Assembly (NCBI GenBank): GCA_900128565.1
Contig: LT635917.1
Location: forward strand, 1-58,906
Direction of reading: 5' to 3'
Length of the DNA: 58,906 nucleotides
DNA from: Stramenopiles sp. TOSAG23-6
Lineage: Eukaryota
This document shows, one piece after another, positions 22,801 through 34,464 of the stretch. Position 1 is the stretch's first letter, and each line of letters opens with the position of its first letter. The notes below the pieces were generated by a model. The model saw only the letters and a list, made by a program, of their open reading frames with translations. It was not told the origin of the DNA and ran no database searches. A program made the position numbers and the translations under genes.

Positions 22801-24805
22801 TCGAAACAAATTTTCGAGCATCGTACACAACTTTTCCAGCATAATGTTTAATGGTAAAAACATGTTTTTTTTTATTGTCTCCTTTGAAGTATCTGGAGGC
22901 TTCGACAACAGCTTTCGTTGTACATTTATTGAGCACATTCTTATCTTTTCCAAATATATTTTTACATGTATTCAAGAAAGTGTCATCATTACCAGCACCT
23001 TGCACGGATACGTCATCTAAAATGGGCAAAATACCCAGAAACTTTTTTGATTTTTTCCCTATCAGATGACAACACGGAGTGTTGTCTTTATGATCTGGTA
23101 TGATTGATAGATCTATTTTCTCTGCATCAAATATTGCTTTTTCATCCTCAAAAACATGTTTATTGAACATTTGCTGCAATTTTTCATTGGCAAAATTAAT
23201 ACATAGTTGCTCGTATGAATTTTTAGGCATGACTTCGAACCCAAAGATGTCCAGAAGTCCAACGAAAGTTTGTTTCTCTCCAGTTGGTGGTTCAAGTAAG
23301 TCATTACATACTACCTCTATAAGCCAAGCAAACACCTTGCTATACAAGTCTCGAGCCAAAGCGTCACAGTTTCCTTTTGATACTTTTGATTCACAAGGCT
23401 CATCTGCAATTTCTCCTCCAGGAAGTTTAAGGCGATATATAACTAACATATCTAAAAGTGTATCATCAAGGCCAAATAATTTAGATACTTCAGCGACCAT
23501 TTCCGGATTCTTTACAACAGATCCCTCTTTACCAGCAGGAATAAACTTTAGATTCATCAATTTTAGACACCCTGCAAGTATTCCCCACATTATCTGTTGA
23601 GTTTCTTCATTTACATTAGCCCTACGCAACGCTGAGCGTACAGATATTTCATTGTCGGAATTCATTTTCATACAATCAAACTCTTCTGTCAAACCATGAC
23701 CAACATCGCACTCCCCACCGATCATTAAGGCTGAATAATGAGAACATTGTTTAAGTTTTAAATCGCTGCATTCAGAAAAACCATGACTATTACCACCCCT
23801 TATGAGATGATAAAATATATGATAATTTCGCTCTCCTTTCCCTTGATTCGATATTCTTGATTTTTCTAAGAGATAATGTTCCATTTCTGCACCCACTATT
23901 TTACCATTATTGAACCAAATCTTTGTAAATTTGCCAAATCTAGAAGAATTATCGTTCATATTAGTCTTTGCATTACCAAATGCTTCAAGAAAAGGACTTA
24001 CACCAGATATCATATTTGTTACATCATTAGATTCATTTTTGTTCCCAAGAGATTCACCTAATTTTAACTTTTTCCAATCTGATAGTTTAGCTAGATATCT
24101 CATAATATTTGTGCAAGCTACAGTTTTACCTGAACCTGATTCCCCAGATACAATACATGATTGATTCTGCGATGTTTTGTTATCAGCATACTGCCCCCAA
24201 TACGATAAATGTGCAAGTGAATAGACACTTGGGTCAGATCCAAGTTTATACATCTTTTGCCTTGGATATTCCGCGATACAATCCATATCCAATAGCTTCA
24301 TATAGGGATTGACACTTATGACAATGTCACTACAAAATGTATAACAATTATAATTTTCTACAAATCTTCGCTTAATCATGATTAGTAAAGATGCTTCTCC
24401 AAAGCCGATTATATTGCAGACGTCATCTTCAACTTTTCCACTCTCGTGTGAATAATTCCAAACACAAACTTCATTTTTACTAAAATATTTTTCCTTACCA
24501 TTCCTTGTCCTCACTAGTGTTTTCTCGTTTTCTGTTGACAATAGGTCGCCTATTTCGTATAATTTTGTGCAAGTCGTTGCTTCTATGGATGATATACAAG
24601 GACCAGGACAGGTCCCATGTTTTTTGTATTGTTTAATGTACTCATCGGGTGACAATTTCGTCCAACCTAGTTTATTACGAAAGTCCTTGTCAGTCTCAAT
24701 GCTTTTGATGAAACTTTTTCGGTGATTATCTGCAAAGATAACATCTTTAAGTAGCTCGTATTTACCCTTTCTATCCTTTCCTGCTCGGTAGTAGCATTGT
24801 GGCAT
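19874..24805 (-). CDS. Unconventional myosin with IQ motifs and ankyrin repeats; exons 24805-21590, 21487-19874
   Basis: P-loop GESGSGKT, LEAFGNAKT, NSSRFGK, LLDIFGFE, RCIKPN; several IQ-like motifs; ankyrin-like GNSCLHIAA and ETPLHLSV. Confidence 0.9.
21488..21589 (-). other. Canonical GT-AG intron, 102 nt (divergent from the family)
   Basis: AAG|GTACAAT...ACTAAC...ATATTTTTTCTACATATAG|CCT; joins the myosin ORFs in frame. Confidence 0.85.
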
Positions 24806-25053
24806 ATTAGCCACTAAAGTGCAATTAATACTTATTTAGAAGGAGAAAGAAGGAAAAAGTGTAAGATTTCAATTTACTAAATGTAACTGCCGGTCGGTCA
24901 TATGATATGTCAAATCCTTTTCCCGTTAGTTATAACCTAATAACACCTTAACAAAGGCCACTATTCTGTCAGAAAACAATCCAAATGATTTCAAATAGGA
25001 TTAAATAGCTAAACTTTCACTTCATAATACATTTGGCAATATAACTTTTAGTT

Positions 25054-25686
25054 ATGCAAAGTTTAGTCTACCCTTGGTACGCGAAAGTAGATCCAAAGAC
25101 TGACCGCCTGTACTACGTCTCACAAAATGGACCCGGTAACTCGTGGATCTCTTTGTGGGAGTTACCCTATAATACACCTGTCGCAAATCATTTCGTTATA
25201 ATGCAATACAACAAGCGGAAACAAATGGAACTGCAGAGAAACAATCTCCTGAAGCAGCAGCAAGAATACTTTCGGCAGCAACAAGCTCAACTTCGAAAAA
25301 AAGAGGAGCAAAAACGGCAGCAAAGGTCCATGTTACAACAACAACTGGAAAGGAAAAAACAAAACGAATTGAAGGAAATGCAACAAAAAATGGAAAAGAT
25401 GGTAAATAAGAATAAAAGCAGATGTCGAATAACAACGATCGGTTCTCGGGTTACTGCGAAATTGTGTGACGACTGTTACTATGAACTCAAATCTAATTGT
25501 GTAGTTTGTGGGAATTCGTGTAGTAAATCTAAATTTTTCGGAAAACTATGTGTACTCTGTGGTTTTGGACTTCGCGCGAATGAATGCAGTCAATGTAAGC
25601 AATATATTAAACACGGCAAACCAGCTTTATTATGCTATGACTGTGGTTTTGGTTTGAATAATGACTCATGCTGTGCTAAAGGATAA
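25054..25686 (+). CDS. WW domain + Gln-rich coiled coil + PHF5/Rds3-like zinc-cluster protein
   Basis: WW-like W..KVDPKTDRLYYV..SLWELP. C-terminal C, five CxxC pairs, C spacing as in PHF5A (CR..KLCDDC..CVVC..LCVLCGFG..CSQC..ALLCYDC..C). Confidence 0.65.
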   Translation: MQSLVYPWYAKVDPKTDRLYYVSQNGPGNSWISLWELPYNTPVANHFVIMQYNKRKQMELQRNNLLKQQQEYFRQQQAQLRKKEEQKRQQRSMLQQQLERKKQNELKEMQQKMEKMVNKNKSRCRITTIGSRVTAKLCDDCYYELKSNCVVCGNSCSKSKFFGKLCVLCGFGLRANECSQCKQYIKHGKPALLCYDCGFGLNNDSCCAKG

Positions 25687-25852
25687 AATAATAAATAATC
25701 TCCATATATATATAGTACCGGGTAACATTTTTCTATTCAGTCCAAAAAAAAGCGCACACGCTTTGATAATTCCTGTCTTCTTCGCGTGTCTGGCGTGTTT
25801 GGTCTCTTTCAAGCATAGACCAATTACTCTCAAGTGTTGTAGCTCAAACAAA

Positions 25853-26185
25853 ATGTCTAACCACGATGAACTCTGTATGTCCTATGCTGCTTGCATGCTC
25901 CACGATGGTGGTGTCGAAGTAACCGAGGAGTCTCTCCTCGCTGCTGTTGAAGCTTCTGGAAACGAAGTTGAAGGGTACTGGCCAATGCTTTTCACCCAAC
26001 TTCTCAAGAACCAAGACATCAACGAACTCATCTGCGTACCTCGCGGTGGCGGTGGTGGTGGCGGTGCTGGAGGTGATGCTGGCGGCGCTGCTGCTGAAGA
26101 GGAAGTAGAAGAGGAAGAAGAAGAGGAAGAAGAAGAAGTCGAAGTCGGAAATATGTTCGGCGGTGACGACGATGACGCTTGGTAA
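25853..26185 (+). CDS. RPLP1: 60S acidic ribosomal protein P1
   Basis: ELCMSYAACMLHD..V.VEGYWPMLF, Gly/Ala hinge, acidic tail; ATG at 25853. Confidence 0.92.
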   Translation: MSNHDELCMSYAACMLHDGGVEVTEESLLAAVEASGNEVEGYWPMLFTQLLKNQDINELICVPRGGGGGGGAGGDAGGAAAEEEVEEEEEEEEEEVEVGNMFGGDDDDAW

Positions 26186-26418
26186 TTTTCTCCTCGCGTT
26201 GAACTCTCAATGACGCATTTTCCCTGAAAAGTACTCTGCAGCGAAATAGATAATTCAATAATGTATCTTTATGCTATTTAATTGTATTTGTTTTGATGTG
26301 GAGTGTTTTTTTTTGTAGGATTAGATAAGTTTGAACTTCAAATCTTTTTTAGATTTTGTTGGTTAATCTTCTTCTTTTCTCCCGGAATTTGAGTCAAAGA
26401 GAATCGTTGCATTATGAA

Positions 26419-26443
26419 TGTGAAGCGCAAATTGCGCTTCACA
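26419..26443. repeat. Perfect 12-bp inverted repeat TGTGAAGCGCAA-A-TTGCGCTTCACA
   Basis: Read directly in intergenic DNA. Confidence 0.85.
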
Positions 26444-26516
26444 AAATTTATTGTCGAAATTTTGTACATAGTAGAATTCATTTAATGTGATATTTCATAT
26501 TTATAATATACATGTT

Positions 26517-26626
26517 GTATATTTTTCGTTAATTTAATAAAAAGACATCTTGTTTCTTTTGTTTTTTTTTGGTACGAAATTTTGTACCTAACAAAAACTT
26601 TTACAACATATTTTCTTACTATACGT
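26517..26626 (+). repeat. Non-coding copy of the intron family
   Basis: GTATATTTTT...GGTACGAAATTTTGTACCTAAC...CATATTTTCTTACTATACGT between RPLP1 and YIP1. Confidence 0.65.
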
Positions 26627-26856
26627 ATATAAGTTATTTCTTGTTTATTGAATATTTATTGATAGTATGCTTGACACAATTTTAATTATTGGAGCTTGTA
26701 CTTTCCCATGTTTATTAATTCTGTTTTTATGATTTTTATGATTTGTTGCGTAGAAATGAATTGCACAGATGTCACAAGTTGACTAAGTTGAATTACAACA
26801 CTAACAACATAGCTCTGAGACAGCTAAGAGATACTGAGATTACTTCACGTTTGTGC

Positions 26857-26874
26857 GGGTTAGGGTTAGGGTTT
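26857..26874. promoter_or_regulatory. Short interstitial telomere-type motif GGG(TTAGGG)2TTT, possible telo-box
   Basis: About 180 nt upstream of the YIP1 ATG; function inferred. Confidence 0.35.
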
Positions 26875-27052
26875 CAAGCAAAAAAAAGAGAAAAGCATCA
26901 AAAAGTTCGCCAAAAAGTTCAACAGAGAAGTCGAAGTCGCTCGCTACAGCAACCTGCTAATAACTAGTAAATACAAATAATAGCCGTTTATTACGCTCCG
27001 AATATTCTGTATTTACATAGTAGACCTTTTCAATCAATAGCAATAGAATACG

Positions 27053-27721
27053 ATGGACTCTTTTGGTGGAGGATTTGGTGGAGGGTTCAATGATAAAAGT
27101 ATGGGTGGAAATAACCAATATGGACGCCCTGTAAACTCTATGAACCAAATGGGCTCTATGGGCCCCCCTATGCACAACAGCGGTAAAATGGGCATGACCC
27201 CTTTAGATGAACCTCCATTATTGGAGGAACTTGGTGTAGACTTTATCCACATGAAAAAGAAAACTTTAGCTGTTCTCAATCCAATGATGAAATTAGAGCC
27301 AGAAATTATCAGTGATGCAGATATTTCAGGCCCGATCTGCTTTTGTTTGCTCCTTGGGTTCTTACTTACTTTTAGTGCTGAGCTTAAGTTTGGATACATT
27401 TACGGATTCTTCTTATTTGGCTGTTTCGGTGTATATGTGGTATTGAATCTACTCTCAGAAGTTGCATCTATTGAAGTTCTTCGGGTGTATTCCATACTTG
27501 GTTATGCATTGCTACCGATTTTACTTGTAGCTTTACTCAAAATTTTTATCGAACCAAAAGGATTGATTGCAGGCACATTTGGATTAGTTTGCATCTTCTG
27601 GTGTACCGTAGTATCTACTCGATTTTTCGAAAAAGCTTTGAATTCTAATCAACAACGTTTTCTAATTGCGTATCCTATATTTCTTTTTTATGCATGCTTT
27701 GCTCTCATTACAATATTTTGA
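27053..27721 (+). CDS. YIP1: Yip1 / YIPF5-family Golgi membrane protein
   Basis: EPPLLEELG, DADISGPICFCL, FGYIYG, SILGYALLP, QQRFLIAYP..LFY. Confidence 0.93.
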   Translation: MDSFGGGFGGGFNDKSMGGNNQYGRPVNSMNQMGSMGPPMHNSGKMGMTPLDEPPLLEELGVDFIHMKKKTLAVLNPMMKLEPEIISDADISGPICFCLLLGFLLTFSAELKFGYIYGFFLFGCFGVYVVLNLLSEVASIEVLRVYSILGYALLPILLVALLKIFIEPKGLIAGTFGLVCIFWCTVVSTRFFEKALNSNQQRFLIAYPIFLFYACFALITIF

Positions 27722-27865
27722 GTGTAAGTGTAACACTATTAATACTGTCTGCGTCAAATAAAATATATTACAAATACCTATATCATTGACGCAGATTGCG
27801 TATATCATTATTATATATATATTATGTTTGAAAGTTTGTCTAGCGATTATCACTTCCAGATTTTT

Positions 27866-30800
27866 TCAAATTAAGGTAGTTAAATGTGCAGTTTGCAAAG
27901 CAGACTTTATCCAATCTACGTCGACTTTTGTATTTTGGTTTACAGATATTCGATACGCATTTTCTCTATTTGTCTCCCATAAGGATTTCAGATTATGTTT
28001 TATCCAATTTGTGTACTCTTCCGTATCTGGGAGTATCTGCTTGCCGTCCTTTCGTAGTGGAAGTTTAAATTCAGAGAAATTTATATCTTCGTTTTCCCAA
28101 ATTTTGTGTTTCCTACCTTGTGCTTGACTAATTCTTGAATATTGTCTTGCAAGTGATTTCTCAAAGCCAAATGGAAGCAAATGCAGAACTAGAACGTCAT
28201 TTCTAGGAGGAAGAAATAAAGCATTGATAAGGCCGCCACCATGTAAAGCAATTAATACATCAGTGATATGCATCGCACGGACCTGCTCAAGAAATGTTAG
28301 TTTTTCCATTTGTAGACGTTGTACGCGAAATCCTTCTTCAATTGCCACTTTTTCAACTTCATCCCAATTTAAAACACGATGATTTTCTCGCTCTATAATT
28401 GTGAAAACAGGGGTTGAATTAAGTTTGATTTTCTGTTGTTGACTCCAATAACTTTGTAATTTTTTTCTGGTGTCTTTGCTATTTGAAATATAATCATTTT
28501 GTTTTTGTTTTGCAGACTTTTTTTTGTTCATGTTTTGTAAAATACCAAGGTTACTGTAGAAAAATTGAAGAAACTGATTGCTCCAATACTCTCGAGAGTG
28601 ATTATTTGCATCACTTGATACTTGTTGTTTATCTGTATTACTTGTTATGTTTCTATTCTCAAGAGTATGCATTTTTTCACCTTCTGTGCTACTTTTATCA
28701 TGACATGTGTCATTTGAAGTATCGGAATTACAGTCTATAGAGCTGTCATGAGGTATTATTATTTCATTAGAGAGCATACTTAACCGATCATTCAATCCGA
28801 CAATAGCATGTCTAAAACACATTGGCCATATTGATTCCGTTGAGGTAGCTTCTTGTAATTCAGCCCACGTGATAATTCGATGACGAGATATCATTTGAAA
28901 AAGGGAATAATATTGACCAAGTTGTTTTACTAAAGTGTCACCTCCATTTCGCATGTCATTGGAAATTAGAACCAACTGAATATCACGATCTGCAGCAAGA
29001 TATTCAGGTGCATGTTCCATCACAGTTGCCCAGAGAGCCATAAAACTATCATGAAACGTAGACCAATGTTGTGGGAAATTTGTCATGGAAAAGAAGAAAG
29101 TTGGCGCCATTACTATTTGCTTACACCGAAGTCTTGCTTCTTCCCATCTTTGGCCAACTGTACGTAAAGCAAGGCCACGAGGCTCGTTATTGTAATGCAT
29201 ACCCCTGAAGGAAGGTATCGAAAACAATCCATGAAATCGACGTGGTCGAATAGTGCGATCCCTAGTATCTCTCGGGTCATGAAGGATTTCTTGGCCATGA
29301 AATACCTTTGAAGCGCCTAAGCTTACGTTTCCTTCCATCGATGGAGTTAGTGGCATGGCTGATGGATCAGGCCCAAATTGTTTATCAAAGAATATAAATT
29401 CCCCATGTTTAATAGCGATTCTTTCGAAAGAGCATGACATTGTGATATTGCTGTCTGAACAACGCACAGATGACATTGACGGTGGTGCGCTGGAAATTGT
29501 ACTATTGTTCGTTTGGAATTTATCCCCAGTCCGGATTGAAGGTAACCTCTGAACATCTCCACTAGCACGTAAATAATGTTTACGTTTATTAAATACATGA
29601 TGGGAAAAGGGATTATCAATCGGTCGATGTAAATAATCAAATACAGCGAGAGTATCAATAGCTGGTGTATGCATGTTAATCGAAGGTTTTGCAATAATAC
29701 TATGGTGTAACTTTGACTTTCCAAGACCTTCAAATTTAACTAATTGGCTATGGTACAATTCTTTCATATTTGAACTTTTAGTATTTGTACCAATTTCGGA
29801 ATGGGTAAGAGAAAGCCCTGCTCCTCTATGCTTATTTATATTGTGAAAAATATTTAAAAAAAAAAAAACTTAGGATACAAAATTTTGTACGAAAAATAAC
29901 TAAATTTAAAATTCATGATGAAAACGTATTATGGCTATCAATTGAAGCACCTGCAGGAGGTACAAAATTTGGGTATACTAGATAAAGTCCATTTTGTACC
30001 ATAAACCGCAATGCTAATCTCTTCCAGGATGACCATGTATTCCACTTATTCGACGCTGCATGAGGTAATGTTAATTTTAGCATTGATAATATCTCATGCC
30101 CTGCCTGCTCTGATTTATTTATTACATTTTCAGGTCGCCTGAAGATCCACCCTCTATTCTTCTTTGTTGTGTCGACAAGTGATGGTAATGCAACACCTGG
30201 TTCGGATAAACTATTCAGTTCGCTAATCCACTTACGAAACCGAAGCCATTGTCTAGGAAATAATACAGCCCCCCAAGAAGATGGTACTTGAAGTAAAAAC
30301 GGAGTATCACTTGCAGGAAAATCAAATGGGCGCCATAAAATGTCATTCCAATGTGGCCTATATAGAGAAACTCCAAAAATATTTTCATGATTCCCATATG
30401 CCACTACAGAAGCCGTTGCCCATTCTAAGAAGTGGGGTGATACTTCAACATCATCCTCTAATAATATTGCATATTCGTGATATTCATCTTTATTTGTGTT
30501 TCGATTTCTTCCTTCTGCTGTAGGCCACCAAGATTCCAAAGTTGATAATGCAGAGCCTGCATTACTTTCTCTCCAGTTAACTGTAATTTTTCCATGCGAC
30601 CACCGCAAGTCTTTTATTAGCTGCTGTAATCTATTGCGATGCGATGAAGAGTCATAATCAACCGTTATCTTCACATCAACAGGCATACCCATCACATCAG
30701 CTGCTAGAAGAGAATTCCAAAGCCTCTGCAGCGATTCAACTCGACTACATGCGAATATTAATAAAACAAATCGAAATTTGTATTTTTCATTCATAAAACT

Positions 30801-32459
30801 TTGCTTTAATGTGTTTTTAGGCGAGATTTCTTTTCGCTGTTGAAAATTAGGAAATAGTTCTCGCAAATTTTGGGCATTTGGTGTGCTTTGGGTTCTTTTG
30901 GTTCTACCATTTATTTCTGATAAATTATTGTACGAAATCGCACTAGTTGTAAATGGCACTATAACACTTCGATTTTCACCAACTCCCAAGAAATTACCTG
31001 CGATAGAACGAAATTCCCACAAATTCAGCAAGCTATCATTAGGCTGAATCCAAACTTTTAATCTAAATGAGCTATTTGGTCTCAAATCGTAAAGTCGTAA
31101 TGGTTCATCAACAGTTTCTCTACATGTACGAATCCTCTCTATAAACATTTGTTGCTTTGGTATCCCGCTGTCACTATCATTTGGATTTGGTATCCCGCTG
31201 TCACTATCATTTGGATTAGTATATGAACCAGTGTTTCCATCACCTGTAACGAATTCATCAACAACAATACATATCACCCCTTCTTCACCAACACGAAATC
31301 TTGTTGGGCGTAAAACGATCCACGCATTATCTGGTCCAACTGTTGCAAATCGATTTGGGGTGAGAACAAATATAGCAGGTCCCGCGTTTCGATGTATTTT
31401 TATTGAGTCATCGTATACTTCTTTATTAAATTTTGAGTCATTGCCGAGAGAATAATTTGTGCTTTCAGTATCCAAAATATCACCCTTGCGAGAATAGTCA
31501 TTAGATAGTAGATGATTTGGTGGTAACAAATCTACCTCAAATATAATGGTTGTTATTTTACCTAATAATAAACCAGTTGAAGAAGAATGTAAACTTGCGT
31601 GTATAAAGTGCGGTCCATGAGATAGATTTACTATATAAATACCATCATTTAAGGCGCCCCGATTGACACAAGATAACCGATAATCCTCTGATTTATTGTT
31701 TGTGCCAATGTATCTATTATTAAGGTTGACAGTGTAATCCAGTGTAATACAAATATCAACATTTTTTGGTAGAGCAAACCCGTCGCGACCAGAGCCAAAA
31801 CCGGAGAAAAGAAAGAGAACTTTGACGGTACTACCATATACAACTTCCGATTCTACTGGTGTTAAGAATGTAATTGTAGGGTTATTCTGTCTATCTATAT
31901 CTCCAATGAGATGGTTACTGGAGTGTGGCCGTATGATTGCGGCTAAAGAAAGCGGAAATCGTAATTTTATTGCTGGAGTAGCATCAGGATCTAAAACTTC
32001 AAAAATGACTGTGCATTTACTACAGCCATACGTGGAATATGTAGGATAAATTATCCCAGATTTAGATGTTGGGTATTTCGGCAATGATTCAATAGAGATA
32101 GTATGAGTCCCTGAATCAATACGATCTACCAGGATTTGTAAACTAAAGTACTCATGTAATTCTGAAGACTGATTGGCAACTGGAAGACAACTCGTTGTCC
32201 TTCCTTGGTCAATATGTACACAAATTTTATCTACCTCTGGACACTGCCTCGCATTTCTCAATGGTGTTGCTACTTTATCATCATGCAGGAAACGCTGCAA
32301 ACTATTTGCGTATCTAAGTCTAACAATAACGGCAAAGGGATTTAATACAACCGAAAAAGGTCTCGGCCATTCGATGCTGAGACAATCACTTTGAAGTCCC
32401 AGTGTTTTTTTTTGTATAAAGCATAAGCAAAATACTAGATACAATCTTGTTGCATTCAT
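27866..32459 (-). CDS. Secreted multi-domain glycosyltransferase: GT-A-fold domain fused to a GT61-like domain; exons 32459-29930, 29835-27866
   Basis: Signal peptide; RVESLQRLWNSL..ESWWP..LLEDDVEVSP..QVPSSWGA..YPNF; C-terminal TFLEQVRAMHITDVLIALHGGGLINALFLPP typical of GT61/DUF563. The ORFs are joined by an AT-AA family intron. Confidence 0.7.
29836..29929 (-). other. Family intron, AT-AA, 94 nt
   Basis: A|ATACGTTTTCATCAT...TTCGTACAAAATTTTGTATCCTAAG...AATATTTTTCACAATATAA|AT gives SH-N-KHRGAG in frame. Confidence 0.75.
31156..31215 (-). repeat. Perfect 30-nt tandem duplication (NPNDSDSGIP x2)
   Basis: TTTGGTATCCCGCTGTCACTATCATTTGGA twice. Confidence 0.9.
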
Positions 32460-32820
32460 TCTGCTATAAATACTCTAGGTGTATCCGTCGCTCTTGGTCC
32501 TGTAGCAGTTATTGTCTGTCGTAATAGGACAAAAGATATCAATATATATTGTATCTTAGTGCGTACTAGATGTGTTACCTCTTCGTTCGTGTTGGCAGAA
32601 ATTTGAGATTTAGATTTGGTCGTACACAACACGAAATACCGGGTTCCAAGTTCCAACTTCGAAGTTCTTGGATCTGAAGCAGGTTTGTATTAAATTCGTC
32701 AGTTCCTCATGATCACTCTTCTGGCAGTCAGTTCAGAGTTCAGAGTTCAGAGCTTGACCAGTTGATCCGGAATACTACATCTCTGGAGGTGAGAAATCAT
32801 TGATTCTTCTTTCAAATACA

Positions 32821-34170
32821 ATGAGAGATCGATACAATTCCACGACTTCTTCGTATACAAAGAAGCAAAGATCATTATCGATGAATGCAGAGTTTCCAAA
32901 TCGAATAGATCCGACCTATCATAGATCTATCTCTGTTTCACAAAAGAGAAGAGACATTAAAACTCGAAGAAGTGATGACTCAGTCTGGGACAAAAAGAGA
33001 GATAAAAAGAGCCATATGTCTCGATGCCAAATGGCTACATTGAGTGTCACAATAACGTTGTTACTATGTACCATTGTGTTGTTGCTTATGGCGAGTAGCA
33101 TGCTTGGTCGGCCTGGTAATTCTCAAAATCTAGTACCACGGTCTCCTGTCCCACGTAACATCCCTGTTCCAGTTGTTGAAAGTAAAACATTCACCCTTGC
33201 CACTCTTAATATCGCAAGCTATAAATATGACTCTGAAGATGATACATTTTCTTCCGCAAAATTCATCGGGACAGAGTTGGCAGCATTACCTCAAGGTGAA
33301 CCCGATGTAGTTTTTGTACAAGAAGCCGGAATGATCACCGGTATTAAGTTTCATTATGACCACGAAAATAAGACTCCAAAAAGATCAGAAGATTATCACA
33401 AGCTAGAAAGCCCTTCACGGTGGGCTCAGTTGCCTCACTATGCCTTACATCATTTCACACCGAGGGATGCAAATGCTCTAGCAACATATGTTCATAGGGA
33501 GGATAATCCTTTAATTTTTGGAAAGAAAAAGGGTAGAGTAAAGGTATTTAATGCAAACATTGAAGATTATGACAAAGAGAAACAAAGTGAAGAATATGAA
33601 TGTGAATTCAAAAACAGTGCAACAGTCACACCGTTAAAATTGGGCCGTGGTAATGAAATCAAGGTCGCAAATATGTTGCTGAAGATAAATGAAACACCCC
33701 AATGTAGTAATAAATTTAAAAGAATGATCGAAAAAATGAAAAGTATCACCTCGGTGAGACTTCAAGTCGAATTTGTCAAGAAAATCAAATTAGATTTGTT
33801 GAAAAAGGTTGTGGAAGCCAATGCTGGGATCATTGTAGGTGATTTTGATACAAACCGGAATAAGTCGAATCGAAAATTATTCGAAGATTTTGATGATAGC
33901 GTTAGAGCTGCTTGGAATGGATGTGCTCAAACGTATTTGAAGCAGAAGGGATACGAAAGTGCGAGAGTGAAGGGTAAGTATAGAACTTCTTATTATGGTG
34001 GTGTGACGGATTACATATTTTATAGATCTAGTTTAATCAAACTAAAAAGTGTAGAGTTAATTGATTTATTAGAAAAATATGAAGATGGAAAAAATGTGAT
34101 CACCGATCCATTTTGGGAAAAGATTCCAACGGATCATAACGGACTTGTAGCAAAATTTGAATTTAGGTAA
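32821..34170 (+). CDS. Type II membrane protein of the endonuclease/exonuclease/phosphatase (EEP) superfamily
   Basis: One TM segment, then TLNI, DVVFVQE, IVGDFD, TDYIF, TDHN motifs; first ATG at 32821. Confidence 0.75.
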   Translation: MRDRYNSTTSSYTKKQRSLSMNAEFPNRIDPTYHRSISVSQKRRDIKTRRSDDSVWDKKRDKKSHMSRCQMATLSVTITLLLCTIVLLLMASSMLGRPGNSQNLVPRSPVPRNIPVPVVESKTFTLATLNIASYKYDSEDDTFSSAKFIGTELAALPQGEPDVVFVQEAGMITGIKFHYDHENKTPKRSEDYHKLESPSRWAQLPHYALHHFTPRDANALATYVHREDNPLIFGKKKGRVKVFNANIEDYDKEKQSEEYECEFKNSATVTPLKLGRGNEIKVANMLLKINETPQCSNKFKRMIEKMKSITSVRLQVEFVKKIKLDLLKKVVEANAGIIVGDFDTNRNKSNRKLFEDFDDSVRAAWNGCAQTYLKQKGYESARVKGKYRTSYYGGVTDYIFYRSSLIKLKSVELIDLLEKYEDGKNVITDPFWEKIPTDHNGLVAKFEFR

Positions 34171-34255
34171 AAAATAAAAAAAATTTGGGAAAAGATTCCG
34201 ACGGATCATAACGGACTTGTAGCAGAATTTGAATTTAGATAAAAAATAAAAAAAA
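34112..34255 (+). repeat. 72-nt tandem duplication covering the EEP gene's last codons and stop
   Basis: Copies start at 34112 and 34184; three substitutions. Confidence 0.9.
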
Positions 34256-34417
34256 TGTTTCAATTGAAGCATTTCATTTTTGGTATTTGAAAGATTTAGT
34301 GATAAAGTTACACACGATAATCAAATGTCATCCATACACAATCTTTGGTACCACAAAGTGTCGTGCTATATATTGATACGGAATATTAATAATTATGTCT
34401 TGGCTTCTAAATCTTCG

Positions 34418-34447
34418 TTTTTTTCATAGATAATTTCGTACCTAACA
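34418..34447 (+). repeat. Degenerate non-coding core of the intron family
   Basis: TTTTTTTCATAGATAATTTCGTACCTAAC between convergent genes; no clear donor or acceptor. Confidence 0.5.
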
Positions 34448-34464
34448 TCTACGAAGTGTAATAC

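Noticed and set aside
25661-25852. N-terminal extensions in the ORF track (also at 6111, 10730, 17636, 32800, 39839, 43048)
   Set aside because: They are upstream or non-ATG starts of the ORF caller; homology or composition begins at the later ATG.
26743-26967. 74-aa ORF upstream of YIP1
   Set aside because: Non-ATG start, spans promoter-like and telomere-type sequence, no family signal.
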